Source of the DNA: Chrysochromulina tobinii
Lineage: Eukaryota
Reading direction: 5' to 3'
DNA length: 64,000 bases
Assembly (NCBI GenBank): GCA_001275005.1
Contig: JWZX01003073.1
Location: 1-64,000, forward strand
In this document: positions 12,101-21,216 of the stretch, piece by piece
Layout: the number at the start of each line of letters is the position of its first letter
Numbering within the stretch: the first letter of the stretch is position 1
Made by a program: the position numbers and the translations under genes
Notes under the pieces: generated by a model
Databases searched by the model: none
Seen by the model: the letters and a program-made list of their open reading frames with translations, nothing else
What the model was told of the DNA's origin: nothing

Positions 12101-12420
12101 CCTCCTCTGAGGTATCCACGGCGGTGGGCGCGTTGCCGCCCACCCACTTTCCGTGGATGCTGCCGGACACCAACGCCATGGTGAAGCAGCTCGCCGAGCT
12201 TGGCTTGACAGCCGAGCAAGCGACAATTGCACTGCAGCAGACCGGAGGGACGAGCGTCTCAGCTGCTGCTGATTGGCACTTTGGCAAAGCTAAAGCGATG
12301 GCAGCGAAGGGGGCATGGGGTGCGGCGGCCAGAGGGGCACCAGTGGCGGCAGTTGCGCCGACACCGCCGCCGCAAGCAGCAGCAGCAGCAGCACAACCGC
12401 CACCCAATCTTTTGGATTGA
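9145..12420 (+). CDS. J-domain protein with PH-like, PDZ, two FN3 and UBA domains
   Basis: J domain with HPD (KLHPDRNP); PH-like segment (LLLFSD...AGQWATAI); PDZ (RLGLDIE...SAAEKAGLRVGERLYTVAG); two FN3 repeats (LLVEWQ..HYELQW..LRPASAYWLRVRS; YLFRVRT..SPYSAPS); UBA (QLAELGLTAEQATIALQQTGG.SVSAAADW). 1091 aa, no intron needed. Confidence 0.85.
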   Translation: MEKVTFGFYHALGVTFDADEQAIKKAFRKLSLKLHPDRNPGDESAKDKFQIVNSSYACLSETPRREQYDAMFRMRCVLDQGNLTADQLRELELDANYMFPVLGVKTLGMREEAVLMLNLEDGLPKASVERWRNGENIDQRPLSSLRSVDADDNPPNGVKLAFREESSKTETKVHLLARSVGERGTIVLLLRTLTSAGAKLRTDDRLMPPPPRLTAWLKLSSTSLMYGKQSVRVFALLGRSKLLLFSDAQLRQLKQLITLETGAVQLRHTPGEQEFELTINPPTSPNTKSSAFGAGKDLLNMGKSMFKLTLSAETGFVAGQWATAISEGLMQAGLNAEGVTMQASASGATGAGAPTKPKWGPEMMGAAPADPFDMPKSSKAAVGSGGGASAKPKTEQVAEADLLGDLGGGDEADLVRTASLGLNSDLRELVAKPTADIQAEEGEPVADEPPEDPEPSPHQSSRPPMTGGAPTPNLMGFTPSGGMGTRSSSQSSGSLMDMIDDAPLMGLSMNTPPMGMSMITPPMGMMNTPMGMSMNTPPMGMSMNVPPLGMTMAPSSMAPMVSSGAAGSATSWQRQLTLNKPMQGSRLGLDIEQGSLPDVVVVCEVKANSAAEKAGLRVGERLYTVAGKPVMNTDNAFDLLCDAIGDIKLTVGPLTPPPSVPMHLPMAPPSDSAFSDSAFGFMAGGNGGGGSAPVSPSTTVGDSAFGFIAAAEPAPPLVSSPPLVSGFGFMDGSNGGGGSARVSPLGGGGSAFGFIDVGNTSPPADRPPRARPPAPSIPFPVCEGSELLVEWQLPVWAGDSAGAVHHYELQWRNEEEDWWTASSSSRTIALTRARLRGLRPASAYWLRVRSIGADNGKSDFSSSIWPALTPTSPPQAFANSDGSVHVFLEPLPPFATYYEVQWIPAAKYARGPKVALMNWKLAQADVLPNGQGGANGSAGPWSALAVAANAWKGATMVLRQLPRGGPYLFRVRTASEDGLTSPYSAPSSEVSTAVGALPPTHFPWMLPDTNAMVKQLAELGLTAEQATIALQQTGGTSVSAAADWHFGKAKAMAAKGAWGAAARGAPVAAVAPTPPPQAAAAAAQPPPNLLD

Positions 12421-14133
12421 GCGCCGATAGTCAGCAAAGCACGTCGATAGTAAGATAGCTGCACGCACGCCGAACGGCATTGGGCTACAAGTTTGGGGCG
12501 AAATTAGCATGTGCAATGAGGGCCCGAGGCGGAGCGGCAGGCTTGGTAAGATCTGTCGCGGTGAGAAGACCACATGAGACGATCACAGGTGGTTGTGCAT
12601 GAGGATGCATGTGGATGCATTTAGACGCGGCTGTACGCTTTAATTGGAGGCGGTACCGTCGACGCCGACGGGGGTGTGCAGCTCGTTGGACGTTACCAGC
12701 GCGCAGCGGGCCGATGGGTACGTGATACGTGTATCCGACGACGCGTGGTCAGTTTCATCTTTCACGGTGTCGAGAACGATTGACAATTCAAGAATTGGTT
12801 CTTGGTTCTTTTCGCGAAATGGCGAAAAACGTAACCGGTCTAAGGACTAAGGAACCTCAGTAATCGTTCCGGACGGCCCGGCGTCGTTCGGACCAGCCGT
12901 TTGCGTATTACCAATTACGCGCCGTAGGGCTAGGGGTAGCAATTCCGGGAATCCCGCCAACGGCCAAGCCCATTCCCCGCTTCGGCCTTCGCAAGATTGA
13001 AGATAATCCCATGTTCGGTCCCAGATCCCAGGCATGTTGAGTGTCATCAAGGAAAGCTGGCCGCGGTGAATTGCTTTTGCGGCGCAGTCCGTGGGGCCGT
13101 TTAGCGTATAAGTATGCGGGGCGGTACACGACCTCGCCGATTATTGCCGATGTGCGGGCGCCGCTCACCAACTTGTACCTTAGGTGCGGCCGCGCGCCAT
13201 AGGTTCTCACCCTACCAAATGCCTGCCTCGTTGGAGTAGACATGTCCTGCTGGCCTGGTGCGGAGGGTGTATCACACAGGGTGGTGGTATGCCCTAGGCG
13301 TGCCCGGCGCGGTTGGGTCATGCTGCGTCCTGCACAGGCCAAGGCCCTGGCCAACGCCCTGCACGAAGATGGCCCAGCGGGGACAACGCCGGTAGTGAGA
13401 CCCCAGCTCGGAAGCCAGCGCATCCCACTGGTCCGCTGCTTGGTAGAATGGTGACGAGGCGCCCGCGAGCGTGGCGCGCCCCAGAACATGGCAAACGGCT
13501 CGTTCTTGAGGTCGGCAGACACAATGTTCCAGTAATTGTCGGCGTCGCACAGTTCGGTCGCAACCAAGTTGAGCCCACGCGGCAAAGAGGCTCGTTCGTG
13601 CACGCATGCTCACCCTACCGCCATCTGGCCAAACACCCGCTTGAAGGACGTGCAGGTCGAGGAGCACGAGCAAACCAGCATCGCCCCGGCCAGCTGCACG
13701 AGTAGTGAGAGCTGTTTCTTGTGGCCTTGGGTGACCCTCACGTTTCTCAGCGCCAGTGAATAAGGCGGCGGCGGCGGGAAGCGCCCTTCACACCCGGTCT
13801 CGATGCCGCACTCACTGGCTGCATTCGCTCATGGTGCAAGTGTCGCGCATGCACCAAGTGGCACAGCGAATGTGCGACTCACCACCCACGTGCTCTCGTT
13901 GGCCATACTTGGCTATTGAGCATCCCACATCCACATGGCATCGAATAGCTGCAGGCGCGAGCCCGTCGCTGCACCGGTGGCGTCAGCCGCAGCCGCAAGG
14001 CGTTTCCCCTCGCAGCGAGCCGCGACATGCCCTGTGCGAGAACGATCGTCTCCTGGAGCGGTTCGCAACGCGTGCTTACCAAGTTTCCCGGCCGACCCTT
14101 GCGTTTCAGAGCCCACGCCCTCCATTCAGCCTC

Positions 14134-15333
14134 ATGCCAGTCGCAGCAGCAGATTTGGCGGTCGCTCGCGCCTCGTTGCCTCCGCTACGGAACTCCAGTA
14201 GTAGCTTACTACCGACACGAAAGCTCGTGCCTTGGCACAGCTCTGGGGTGCGTGATGGGGTTCCATTGATGTCGCGGTCGTCCGAACGCCTCGAGCAGTT
14301 GGCACCAGGCCTTGGAGGTCCTACTCTGCTGATGCCTGTACCAGACCTTCCAACTCTCGAGAGCGTCGCTTTGCGTGCAATCAGCGAGCGCGAGTATCAC
14401 CTTTCCCGGCTACACGCGCTGTTGCTGTCGGCGATTGGCCCCGTGCCAGTGGATCCGGTGGACTTACCTGCATATGCAACGCTGCTGTCAACAGTTCGCA
14501 GCGCATCGGCCCAAGAGCTGCAGGCGCTGCGACTCGCGAGCGTTGATGTCGTCGAAGCAATAGTGCGCTGGCGAAGGCGGCGCCGCCGCCCATTTGAGCC
14601 ATTCGTGTGGCGGTCGCACAACTACTTGCTCAAGATGCTCCTCGACGTATTCTTTTTGGGCCTCGCCTCGACAGTGGACGATGCGGCCGCGGACCCGTTC
14701 CTGCTGCGCAGCTTTGCCGAGGCACTCGAGCACGGGCGTCGCATGGAAGCGGATACAGCTGCGCTGCTCAACGAGCAGACCGAGGCCGCACGGGTCATCC
14801 AGGCGCGCTACCACGAAAAAGCCGAAAAGACCGGACTGAGCGTGGCCGTCGCGAGTCCCGCGTCGCACTCCGTGGCTGCTGCGACGTCGTGTGCGCCTTC
14901 GTCGGGGGGGAGCGCCGCACCGGGCGCTCGCGCCGCGTACGCGCGGCGCAAGTACCTCTGCTCTTCGTTCACGCCCGAGCGGCGGCACACGAAACAGGAG
15001 ATGGTCCGCATGTGGGCTGCGGAGCGTGTGCTCGAGGCGGAGCGCACGCACCTGGGAGCGGCCTTCGAACCGATCTCGCCGGTGCTGAGGCCTACAGACG
15101 TCGAGGTCCGGCAGATGGCCGATCTCATCTGGTTTGGCGTCGGCGAGCCGCCTGAGCTCGTCGCCCTCGATGCGAGCATGCCCAGGCATCCGCGTCCTAA
15201 GGCCCGTGATCCCGATCCTTGCCTCAAACCCCCAAGGCCGCCAGTGGGGCGTGCGGCCTCGCGCAGCGCGTCGACGGCGCTGCAAGGCACGTCGCCAATG
15301 CTCAAGCCGATCACCCCAGGCGGACGCTCGTGA
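14134..15333 (+). CDS. Hypothetical protein with an IQ-like motif
   Basis: 3' 400 codons of ORF 13756-15333 read as protein-like (LRLASVDVVEAIVRWRR, PFVWRSHNYLLKM, AARVIQARY). Start codon uncertain. Confidence 0.55.
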   Translation: MPVAAADLAVARASLPPLRNSSSSLLPTRKLVPWHSSGVRDGVPLMSRSSERLEQLAPGLGGPTLLMPVPDLPTLESVALRAISEREYHLSRLHALLLSAIGPVPVDPVDLPAYATLLSTVRSASAQELQALRLASVDVVEAIVRWRRRRRRPFEPFVWRSHNYLLKMLLDVFFLGLASTVDDAAADPFLLRSFAEALEHGRRMEADTAALLNEQTEAARVIQARYHEKAEKTGLSVAVASPASHSVAAATSCAPSSGGSAAPGARAAYARRKYLCSSFTPERRHTKQEMVRMWAAERVLEAERTHLGAAFEPISPVLRPTDVEVRQMADLIWFGVGEPPELVALDASMPRHPRPKARDPDPCLKPPRPPVGRAASRSASTALQGTSPMLKPITPGGRS

Positions 15334-15788
15334 GCAAGGAACCACAACTAGCAGCACTGATCCGTCTCACATCGTCTCCGACAGCGGACAGCGGCGTTGT
15401 ACCCTTGACCTCGAACGGATGCATCGGCGTCACAGTGCGGAGACCGCGACCGGAGTCGTCGTATTAGGACCATTTTTACCAATAACTCATTGCCAATAAG
15501 AATAACTACCGAGACCCCCCAAGTGCCAAAGATGACCCCGATACTACTGTTTAGTGTAGCACGGAGAAGTCACCCAGGCCGGCTGAAATGTCGAAAACCG
15601 AACCGCGAACGCGGGTAACGGAACGACAACGGCTCAAGGCACCGAGTCACGCAACGTGACGGCGGAGGCGGTATCGACCCATCCCATGGGATGCTCGATC
15701 GGCAAATGCGGAGCATCATCTCATGCCCATCTCATGCCAGTATGCGTTGGACTCCCGGAGTTTATCCGGGGGATGTTTGTGAGGGACT

Positions 15789-17276
15789 TTATGTGCCTTT
15801 CGGGACTATGATCTTGGGGTCGAGGGGCGTGGGGCGCTCGTCGATGCCAGCCGCGTGCCTCCGCAGCACGTCCTTCACCTGGGCACGCAGCTTGTTCTCG
15901 TGGCGCTCGAGCAGCTCGTCGATCTCCGCGAGCAGCTGGTAGTTGGACTCGTGGATGATCGTCTGGATAATCTTGATGGGATCCTTCTTTTCCGCCTCCT
16001 CCTTTTTCGCCGCCACCGACCCCGGCGTCGGCGGCTGGGCCGACGCACCTTCCTTTTTTGGTGTGCTCGGCGCCGTTGGTAGCAGCAGGCTGCCCAAACC
16101 CGACAAGCGCTTTTTCGGCCCGTCGGGCGAGAGCTGCTCCGCCGCCCGCCGCGCCGCCTCGGCCGCCTCCTCCTGCGCCTTACGCGCTCTCCGCTTGCGC
16201 TCAAGCTCCTCCTGCTTTGCTTTCTTAAACTCGCGATACTCGGAGTCGAAGTTGGCGCCGATGATGGTGATGGGTAACGAGAGCACAATGAGGCCTGAGA
16301 ACATGGTGAACACCGCGACCAGCTTGCCCAACTCAGTCACGGGGAACTGGTCACCGTAGCCGACGGTGGTCATCGTGACGATAGTCCACCACATGCTGGT
16401 CGGGATGGACTCGTAGGGCGACCTCGAGCCGTCGGGACGCACGTACTGCTTGCGAATCTCATCGTACTCGCCCATCTCGAACGTGTAGATCAGCGTCGCG
16501 AACAGGAGCGAGAAGACGCCCATGAACGCGAAGAGCATCAGGAGCGCCGTCGCCGACTTGCGCAGCGTGGTCAGTAGCATGATGATCCCCTGGAAGCTCT
16601 TGGACATTTTAAATATGCGTGTGATGCGCGTGAGCCGGATGAGGCGCAGCACGGATAGCACTTGGGGCGAGCCTCCTGGAAGCGACCTCTCGATGTACCA
16701 CGGGATGATCGAGATGAAGTCGACGATGTTCGCTAAGTTGATCAAGTACTTCAGCACGCCCGGCCCGGCCGGCGATGTGAAGAGCCGCAGAATATACTCG
16801 ACCGTGAAGACCATGATGCAGAAGGTCTCGATCTCGCCGAATGGGGTGCGGTTCTCATCGAGCGGCGACTGCACCGGCCTGTGTCCAAAGGAGCGGTAAC
16901 TGTTTGGCGGCTGCGGCGACACTTTGCTGCCTTCGATGACCTCATCGGTCGTGGCATTGACCCACACATCGACAAAATGTCGATCCTCAGGAGCGGAGGC
17001 GATGGTGAACGAACCGATCGACAGCAAAATTATCATCATCATGAACGTCGACCACACTTGCGCAAGGACTGACGACCCCGGTTCGTCGAGCAGCGTCCAC
17101 AGCTTCAGCTGGTAGTACCTGAAGCTGCCGTGAGGGGGCGCTGGTCGCATTTTCGCCTTGCTGCTACTGCTAGCCTCGGATGTGCCCTGGCCGTTCGCCG
17201 TAACTTGTCCTTCCTCGCCTGTTTCCTTCCCGCTGAACAAGGCATCCCCTGGCTGGCGCCCATCGGATTCGCCCAT
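15789..17276 (-). CDS. Voltage-gated potassium channel (Kv/Shaker-like, 6TM)
   Basis: S4 LSVLRLIRLTRITRIFKMSK; pore SMWWTIVTMTTVGYGD; S6 LSLPITIIGANF. Confidence 0.95.
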   Translation of the reverse strand: MGESDGRQPGDALFSGKETGEEGQVTANGQGTSEASSSSKAKMRPAPPHGSFRYYQLKLWTLLDEPGSSVLAQVWSTFMMMIILLSIGSFTIASAPEDRHFVDVWVNATTDEVIEGSKVSPQPPNSYRSFGHRPVQSPLDENRTPFGEIETFCIMVFTVEYILRLFTSPAGPGVLKYLINLANIVDFISIIPWYIERSLPGGSPQVLSVLRLIRLTRITRIFKMSKSFQGIIMLLTTLRKSATALLMLFAFMGVFSLLFATLIYTFEMGEYDEIRKQYVRPDGSRSPYESIPTSMWWTIVTMTTVGYGDQFPVTELGKLVAVFTMFSGLIVLSLPITIIGANFDSEYREFKKAKQEELERKRRARKAQEEAAEAARRAAEQLSPDGPKKRLSGLGSLLLPTAPSTPKKEGASAQPPTPGSVAAKKEEAEKKDPIKIIQTIIHESNYQLLAEIDELLERHENKLRAQVKDVLRRHAAGIDERPTPLDPKIIVPKGT

Positions 17277-17462
17277 GGGAGGGGAGGGCGTTTTTCAACC
17301 TCTCGATCGGTCGTTGTTTTACAATAGTATCAGTTACGGATCGTGAGCTGTTTCGGGCACACCGAACCATGCTCGTTTTGTTCAAACCAAAGCAGCGCGG
17401 ATGTGACCCCTTCCCTGCGCGTTGTGAAAAGTAGCCAACTCAACCTTGGGGCGGCACACAAG

Positions 17463-18537
17463 ATGGAGCTCGTCGAAGCGACGACAGCACTGCTCACGCT
17501 CCTCAACGCTAGCAACGTGCCGCTAGCAAAATGCATGGACGGCACTCCGGGTGGCTACTACCACGCCGCCAATGCAAGCTCGCGCTCGTGGATCATTGAG
17601 CTGGAGGGAGGCGGGGAATGCGTGGACAAGGCCGACTGCGAAAAGCACATCCACTCGGCACTCGGCTCGTCCAATTTCTTCCTCAAAAACACCACGCTGA
17701 AGTTTTTTGCTGCAAGACGACGCCGTGGCCAACCCTCGCTTGCGTCAAATGAACCGCGTGTACGTCCCATACTGTTCTCAGGACTTGTGGACTGGCCAGC
17801 GTGTTGCTGCGAGCGATGAGACGTTTGGCTACTTCTTTTCGGGCCACTACGTCCTCGAGGGCGTGCTCGACGCGCTCGATGCGCTCGGGCTCGCGGGCGC
17901 CCATGACATCATCCTCACGGGTGAATCTGCGGGCGGCATCGGCGTGTGGCCGCACCTCGACTGGCTAGCCGCTCGGTATCCAAAGGCGAAGGTGACTGGT
18001 GCTCCTCTGGCGGGCTACTACTTCTTTGCGGTGCCGTACACCGGCCCTGGGCACACGTCGTCGTCGCTCGCTGACTTCCGCGAGGACGCTTGGCCAGGCC
18101 ACTACAGCCTGTGGAACAGCACGGTCGATGCGAGCTGCGCGGCAGCCATTGAGCCCTGGCGTTGCATGCTATCCAACTACTCATTCCCTTACATCGAGAC
18201 GCGCGTCTTCATCATCGAGGCGCAGACAGACAAGGTGCAGCTCGAGGCGCACGACTGGGTGCCGTCGAGCCAAGACCCATTCTGGAGCGCTCCGGTCCTC
18301 GACTACTTTGGCGAGTGGAGCCACAACATGAGCGTCGCTCTCAGCCCTTCGATGGCAGTTGGCCATCCGAACGGCGTCTTCTCACCGGCGTGCTTCATTC
18401 ACACCGACGGCTGGGAGACGACGCTGATCAAGGGCATCAACTACTTGACGGCGTTCGACCGATGGTACTTTGATGACGAGACCATGAAGCTGCAGGATGA
18501 CTGCGGCCTCCTCTGTAACCCGACTTGCCCTCACTGA
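17463..18537 (+). CDS. Pectin acetylesterase / Notum family hydrolase; 1-nt frameshift in a T run at ~17705
   Basis: CMDGTPGGYY, WIIELEGGGEC, VYVPYCSQDLWTG, catalytic GESAGG, FSPACFIH. The two ORFs (17343-17819, 17707-18537) join if one T is removed from aagttttttgctg. Confidence 0.85.
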
Positions 18538-18681
18538 GGCCAAACCACCCCTCGTCGCACGTCGGGTGCTAATAGCTCCTCGGAGGCGTGCGTTTCTCAA
18601 ATACAATTGTATGTCCCGAGTGAAATCCCGAGTATGAATGGCGATCCCTGTCGACAAAAACGTCAGCTTCAGACATTTTCA

Positions 18682-20535
18682 ATGGTTTTGAACATGTCCG
18701 AATCTCCTGCCACTCTTGGCACGGGCGGCTCGTCGTCGGCGGGCAGCGAAACCGGTCGTCAGATGCCAAGAGCCGGCACCGAGCATCTCAACCTCGAGAA
18801 CCTTCGGGAGGTGATCATGGACAACGGCGAGAAGCTCAAGACGCTCTTCGAGATGTGGGACGAGGATGCCTCGGGTACGATTAGCCAAAAGGAGTTTCGC
18901 GCCGCACTCAAGACGCTTGGCTTCACGGCGAGCGACGCCCATATGAACGCTCTCTTCGATAAGCTCGACAAGGACAAGTCGGGCCAAGTAGACTACAAGG
19001 AGATGGTCAAGGCGGTAGAGGGCGCAGGCAAGAAGGGCAAGGAGAAGATTGCGCTTGAGCGCAAGCTGCTCGAGGAGAAGCGCGCCCGAGAGGCAGCAGA
19101 AGCGCGCGCGGCTGCTGGCGGGGGGGCCGCCGTCGAGGCGGCGATTTCGACAGCCGTGGCAGCGGCTGTCGAGCAGGCGAAGGCCGAGGCTCAGCAGCAG
19201 GTGCAGGAGCTGCAGGAGCAACTAGAAGCAGCGCGAGCTTCTGCAGGAGGAGCTTCTCCGGCTTCCAAGGCGGTGCAGGAGCAGTTGATAGTGATCGAGG
19301 AGGAGAAGAGGGCCATCAAGCTAGAGGCTACTGAGCTCCGCGATGAGCTCGATCAGCTCCGGCGTACCACCGGAAAATTAGAGAGGTCTGACGCAGAGTA
19401 TAGGAGGCAGCTGAAGCGACTCGAGGAAGAGGCGCTCGAGGCGAAGGCGCTTCGCGAGGCGCTCGAGGCGAAGAGCGCCGAACTCGAGAAGATGCGGCAG
19501 GCCTTCGAGCAAGAGCGCCAGCAGTGGAAGGCGAAGGAGATCGAGAGGGTCGAGCTGGTGCAGCAGGTGCAGCAGAAGGCAAGCGAGTGGAGCCAGCAGA
19601 AGGCAGGTGAGGTGAAGCGCATCGAGGAGCAGTGGACGATCAAGGTTCGTCAACTCGAGGAGAAGGCAGCAAAGGTGCAGCAAGAGGAATCTCTGCGTTC
19701 GACGCTGCAAGCCGCAATCCTCGCGTCCGCGTCGGACAGGCAGCAGCAGGAAGACTCAGTCCACTTTTGGCAGGCGCGCAAGTTGAATTGGCGCTCCTCG
19801 CCGGCGGCGACCCCGTCTGCCGCGTGGTTGCAGCCGTTGGCACCTCAGCTTCCAGAGCGAGTGTATCCTCTGCCCTCCGCACACTCGATGTATGAGGAGG
19901 AGGACCCCTTCGTTAAGTCTGGAGAGGTGGCCCGCCTCACGCAGAGCATCGGGTCGCATATCGGGTCGCAGCTGCACGCGATGCACGCGCTGCAGCTTTC
20001 CGCAGCTCCGCATTTGGCGCCGCCGCCGCACATGAGCATACCGCCGCACGTACCACCGCACATGAACATACCGCCGCAGATGAACATACCGCCGCTGATG
20101 GCTCCGCCCCCTTTCGACTCGCCCTCCTCCGGCGACGGCCCACCTTCGCATTCTTGGCATGGGGCGAGCCCGGGCTATGGGGCGAGCCCTGGCTGTGGGG
20201 CGAGCCCGGGCTGTGGGGCGAGCCCGGGCTATGGGGCGAGCCCTGGCATGGGGCTGCCGCCGCCCATGCCGTCCTGGCATGGAGCAGCTGCCGCCCACGG
20301 CGGCGCGCCGCCCTGCATGCACGCGGGGCATTCCGGCGGCTACACCAACGGCCCCCCCCACGGCGGCGCGTCGCCCTGCATGCACGCGGGGCATCCCGGC
20401 GGCTACACCAACGGGCACGCCTCTGGCTCCGCGTTCGCCGCATCGCCGCACGGCGCGCCGGCGCCCAGGCAGTTCCATCAGATGGTGCCGCCACCGCCGC
20501 CGCAGCAGCAGCAGTACCATCATCAGGTCCTTTGA
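18682..20535 (+). CDS. EF-hand + long coiled-coil + Pro/Gly/His-rich tail protein
   Basis: EF loops DEDASGTISQKEF and DKDKSGQVDYKEM, E/K/Q/R-rich coiled coil, low-complexity C-terminus. Confidence 0.85.
   Translation: MVLNMSESPATLGTGGSSSAGSETGRQMPRAGTEHLNLENLREVIMDNGEKLKTLFEMWDEDASGTISQKEFRAALKTLGFTASDAHMNALFDKLDKDKSGQVDYKEMVKAVEGAGKKGKEKIALERKLLEEKRAREAAEARAAAGGGAAVEAAISTAVAAAVEQAKAEAQQQVQELQEQLEAARASAGGASPASKAVQEQLIVIEEEKRAIKLEATELRDELDQLRRTTGKLERSDAEYRRQLKRLEEEALEAKALREALEAKSAELEKMRQAFEQERQQWKAKEIERVELVQQVQQKASEWSQQKAGEVKRIEEQWTIKVRQLEEKAAKVQQEESLRSTLQAAILASASDRQQQEDSVHFWQARKLNWRSSPAATPSAAWLQPLAPQLPERVYPLPSAHSMYEEEDPFVKSGEVARLTQSIGSHIGSQLHAMHALQLSAAPHLAPPPHMSIPPHVPPHMNIPPQMNIPPLMAPPPFDSPSSGDGPPSHSWHGASPGYGASPGCGASPGCGASPGYGASPGMGLPPPMPSWHGAAAAHGGAPPCMHAGHSGGYTNGPPHGGASPCMHAGHPGGYTNGHASGSAFAASPHGAPAPRQFHQMVPPPPPQQQQYHHQVL
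20158..20420 (+). repeat. Coding minisatellites: 18-bp (GASPGY/C) x5 and ~60-bp (HGGAxPCMHAGHxGGYTNG) x2
   Basis: ggggcgagccc(g/t)ggct(a/g)t units at ~20160-20250; duplicated cacggcggcgcg..ggcggctacaccaacgg at ~20296-20415. Confidence 0.9.
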
Positions 20536-21216
20536 GAACACTCCAACACAGATCTGGCTCTGCCAATTATTGGCACCCGACCACTTTGCAATAATAGTAG
20601 CGCCCGCGGCTCGCTCGGTTCCGCGCGGGGGATGCGCCTTTCGGGCTTTCGCGTTTCGCTTGAATGCGCCCTTTTCGCCTTGTTCCGACCCACCTAGTGT
20701 AGAGAAAGTGTAGAGCGTTGTCGTGTGTCTCGATCCGTGTGCGCGTGTTACGCCGCCCGCGGTCCGGCGGAGCGCATACACGCGAATATCGCACAGCACC
20801 GGTGGAAGCTGGAACCGCGACCGCGCGCCGCCGCGGGGGCCCCCGCGCGGCGCCGCCCGCGGCGACCGACCCGACACGCCGCGCCACACGGAGCAGATCG
20901 CCCGACCCCGACGAGACGCCGGACGCACCGGACGAAACCGCGACGGTGGGGTGTCTCTGTCTGTCTCTAGGCCACTAGGCCCGCTATACTAGTGTAACAC
21001 AAGTGTACGCCAGTACGGGGGTACCTCGGGGTACATCACCCGTACACGCTCTCGCTCATCCGCTAGACGTCTCTAAGTCTTAAGAAGACCGCGTGACTAT
21101 GTTACCGCGACACTGGCCCAACTAATGCCATGACGACCCGCAGCTCTCACTTGTCAGTACTCTGCGCGATCTGGCGCGGATGAGCACAACTTTGAGCTCA
21201 CTTTGAGCGCGACGTC

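Noticed and set aside
12640..13750. ORFs 12908-13603 and 13272-13673 and surrounding sequence as a gene or transposon remnant
   Set aside because: No recognisable domain motif, terminal repeats or consistent reading frame; cannot be supported without a search.
17695..17712. Programmed frameshift in the pectin acetylesterase gene
   Set aside because: One extra base in a T homopolymer is most simply a sequencing error, as at ~4190.
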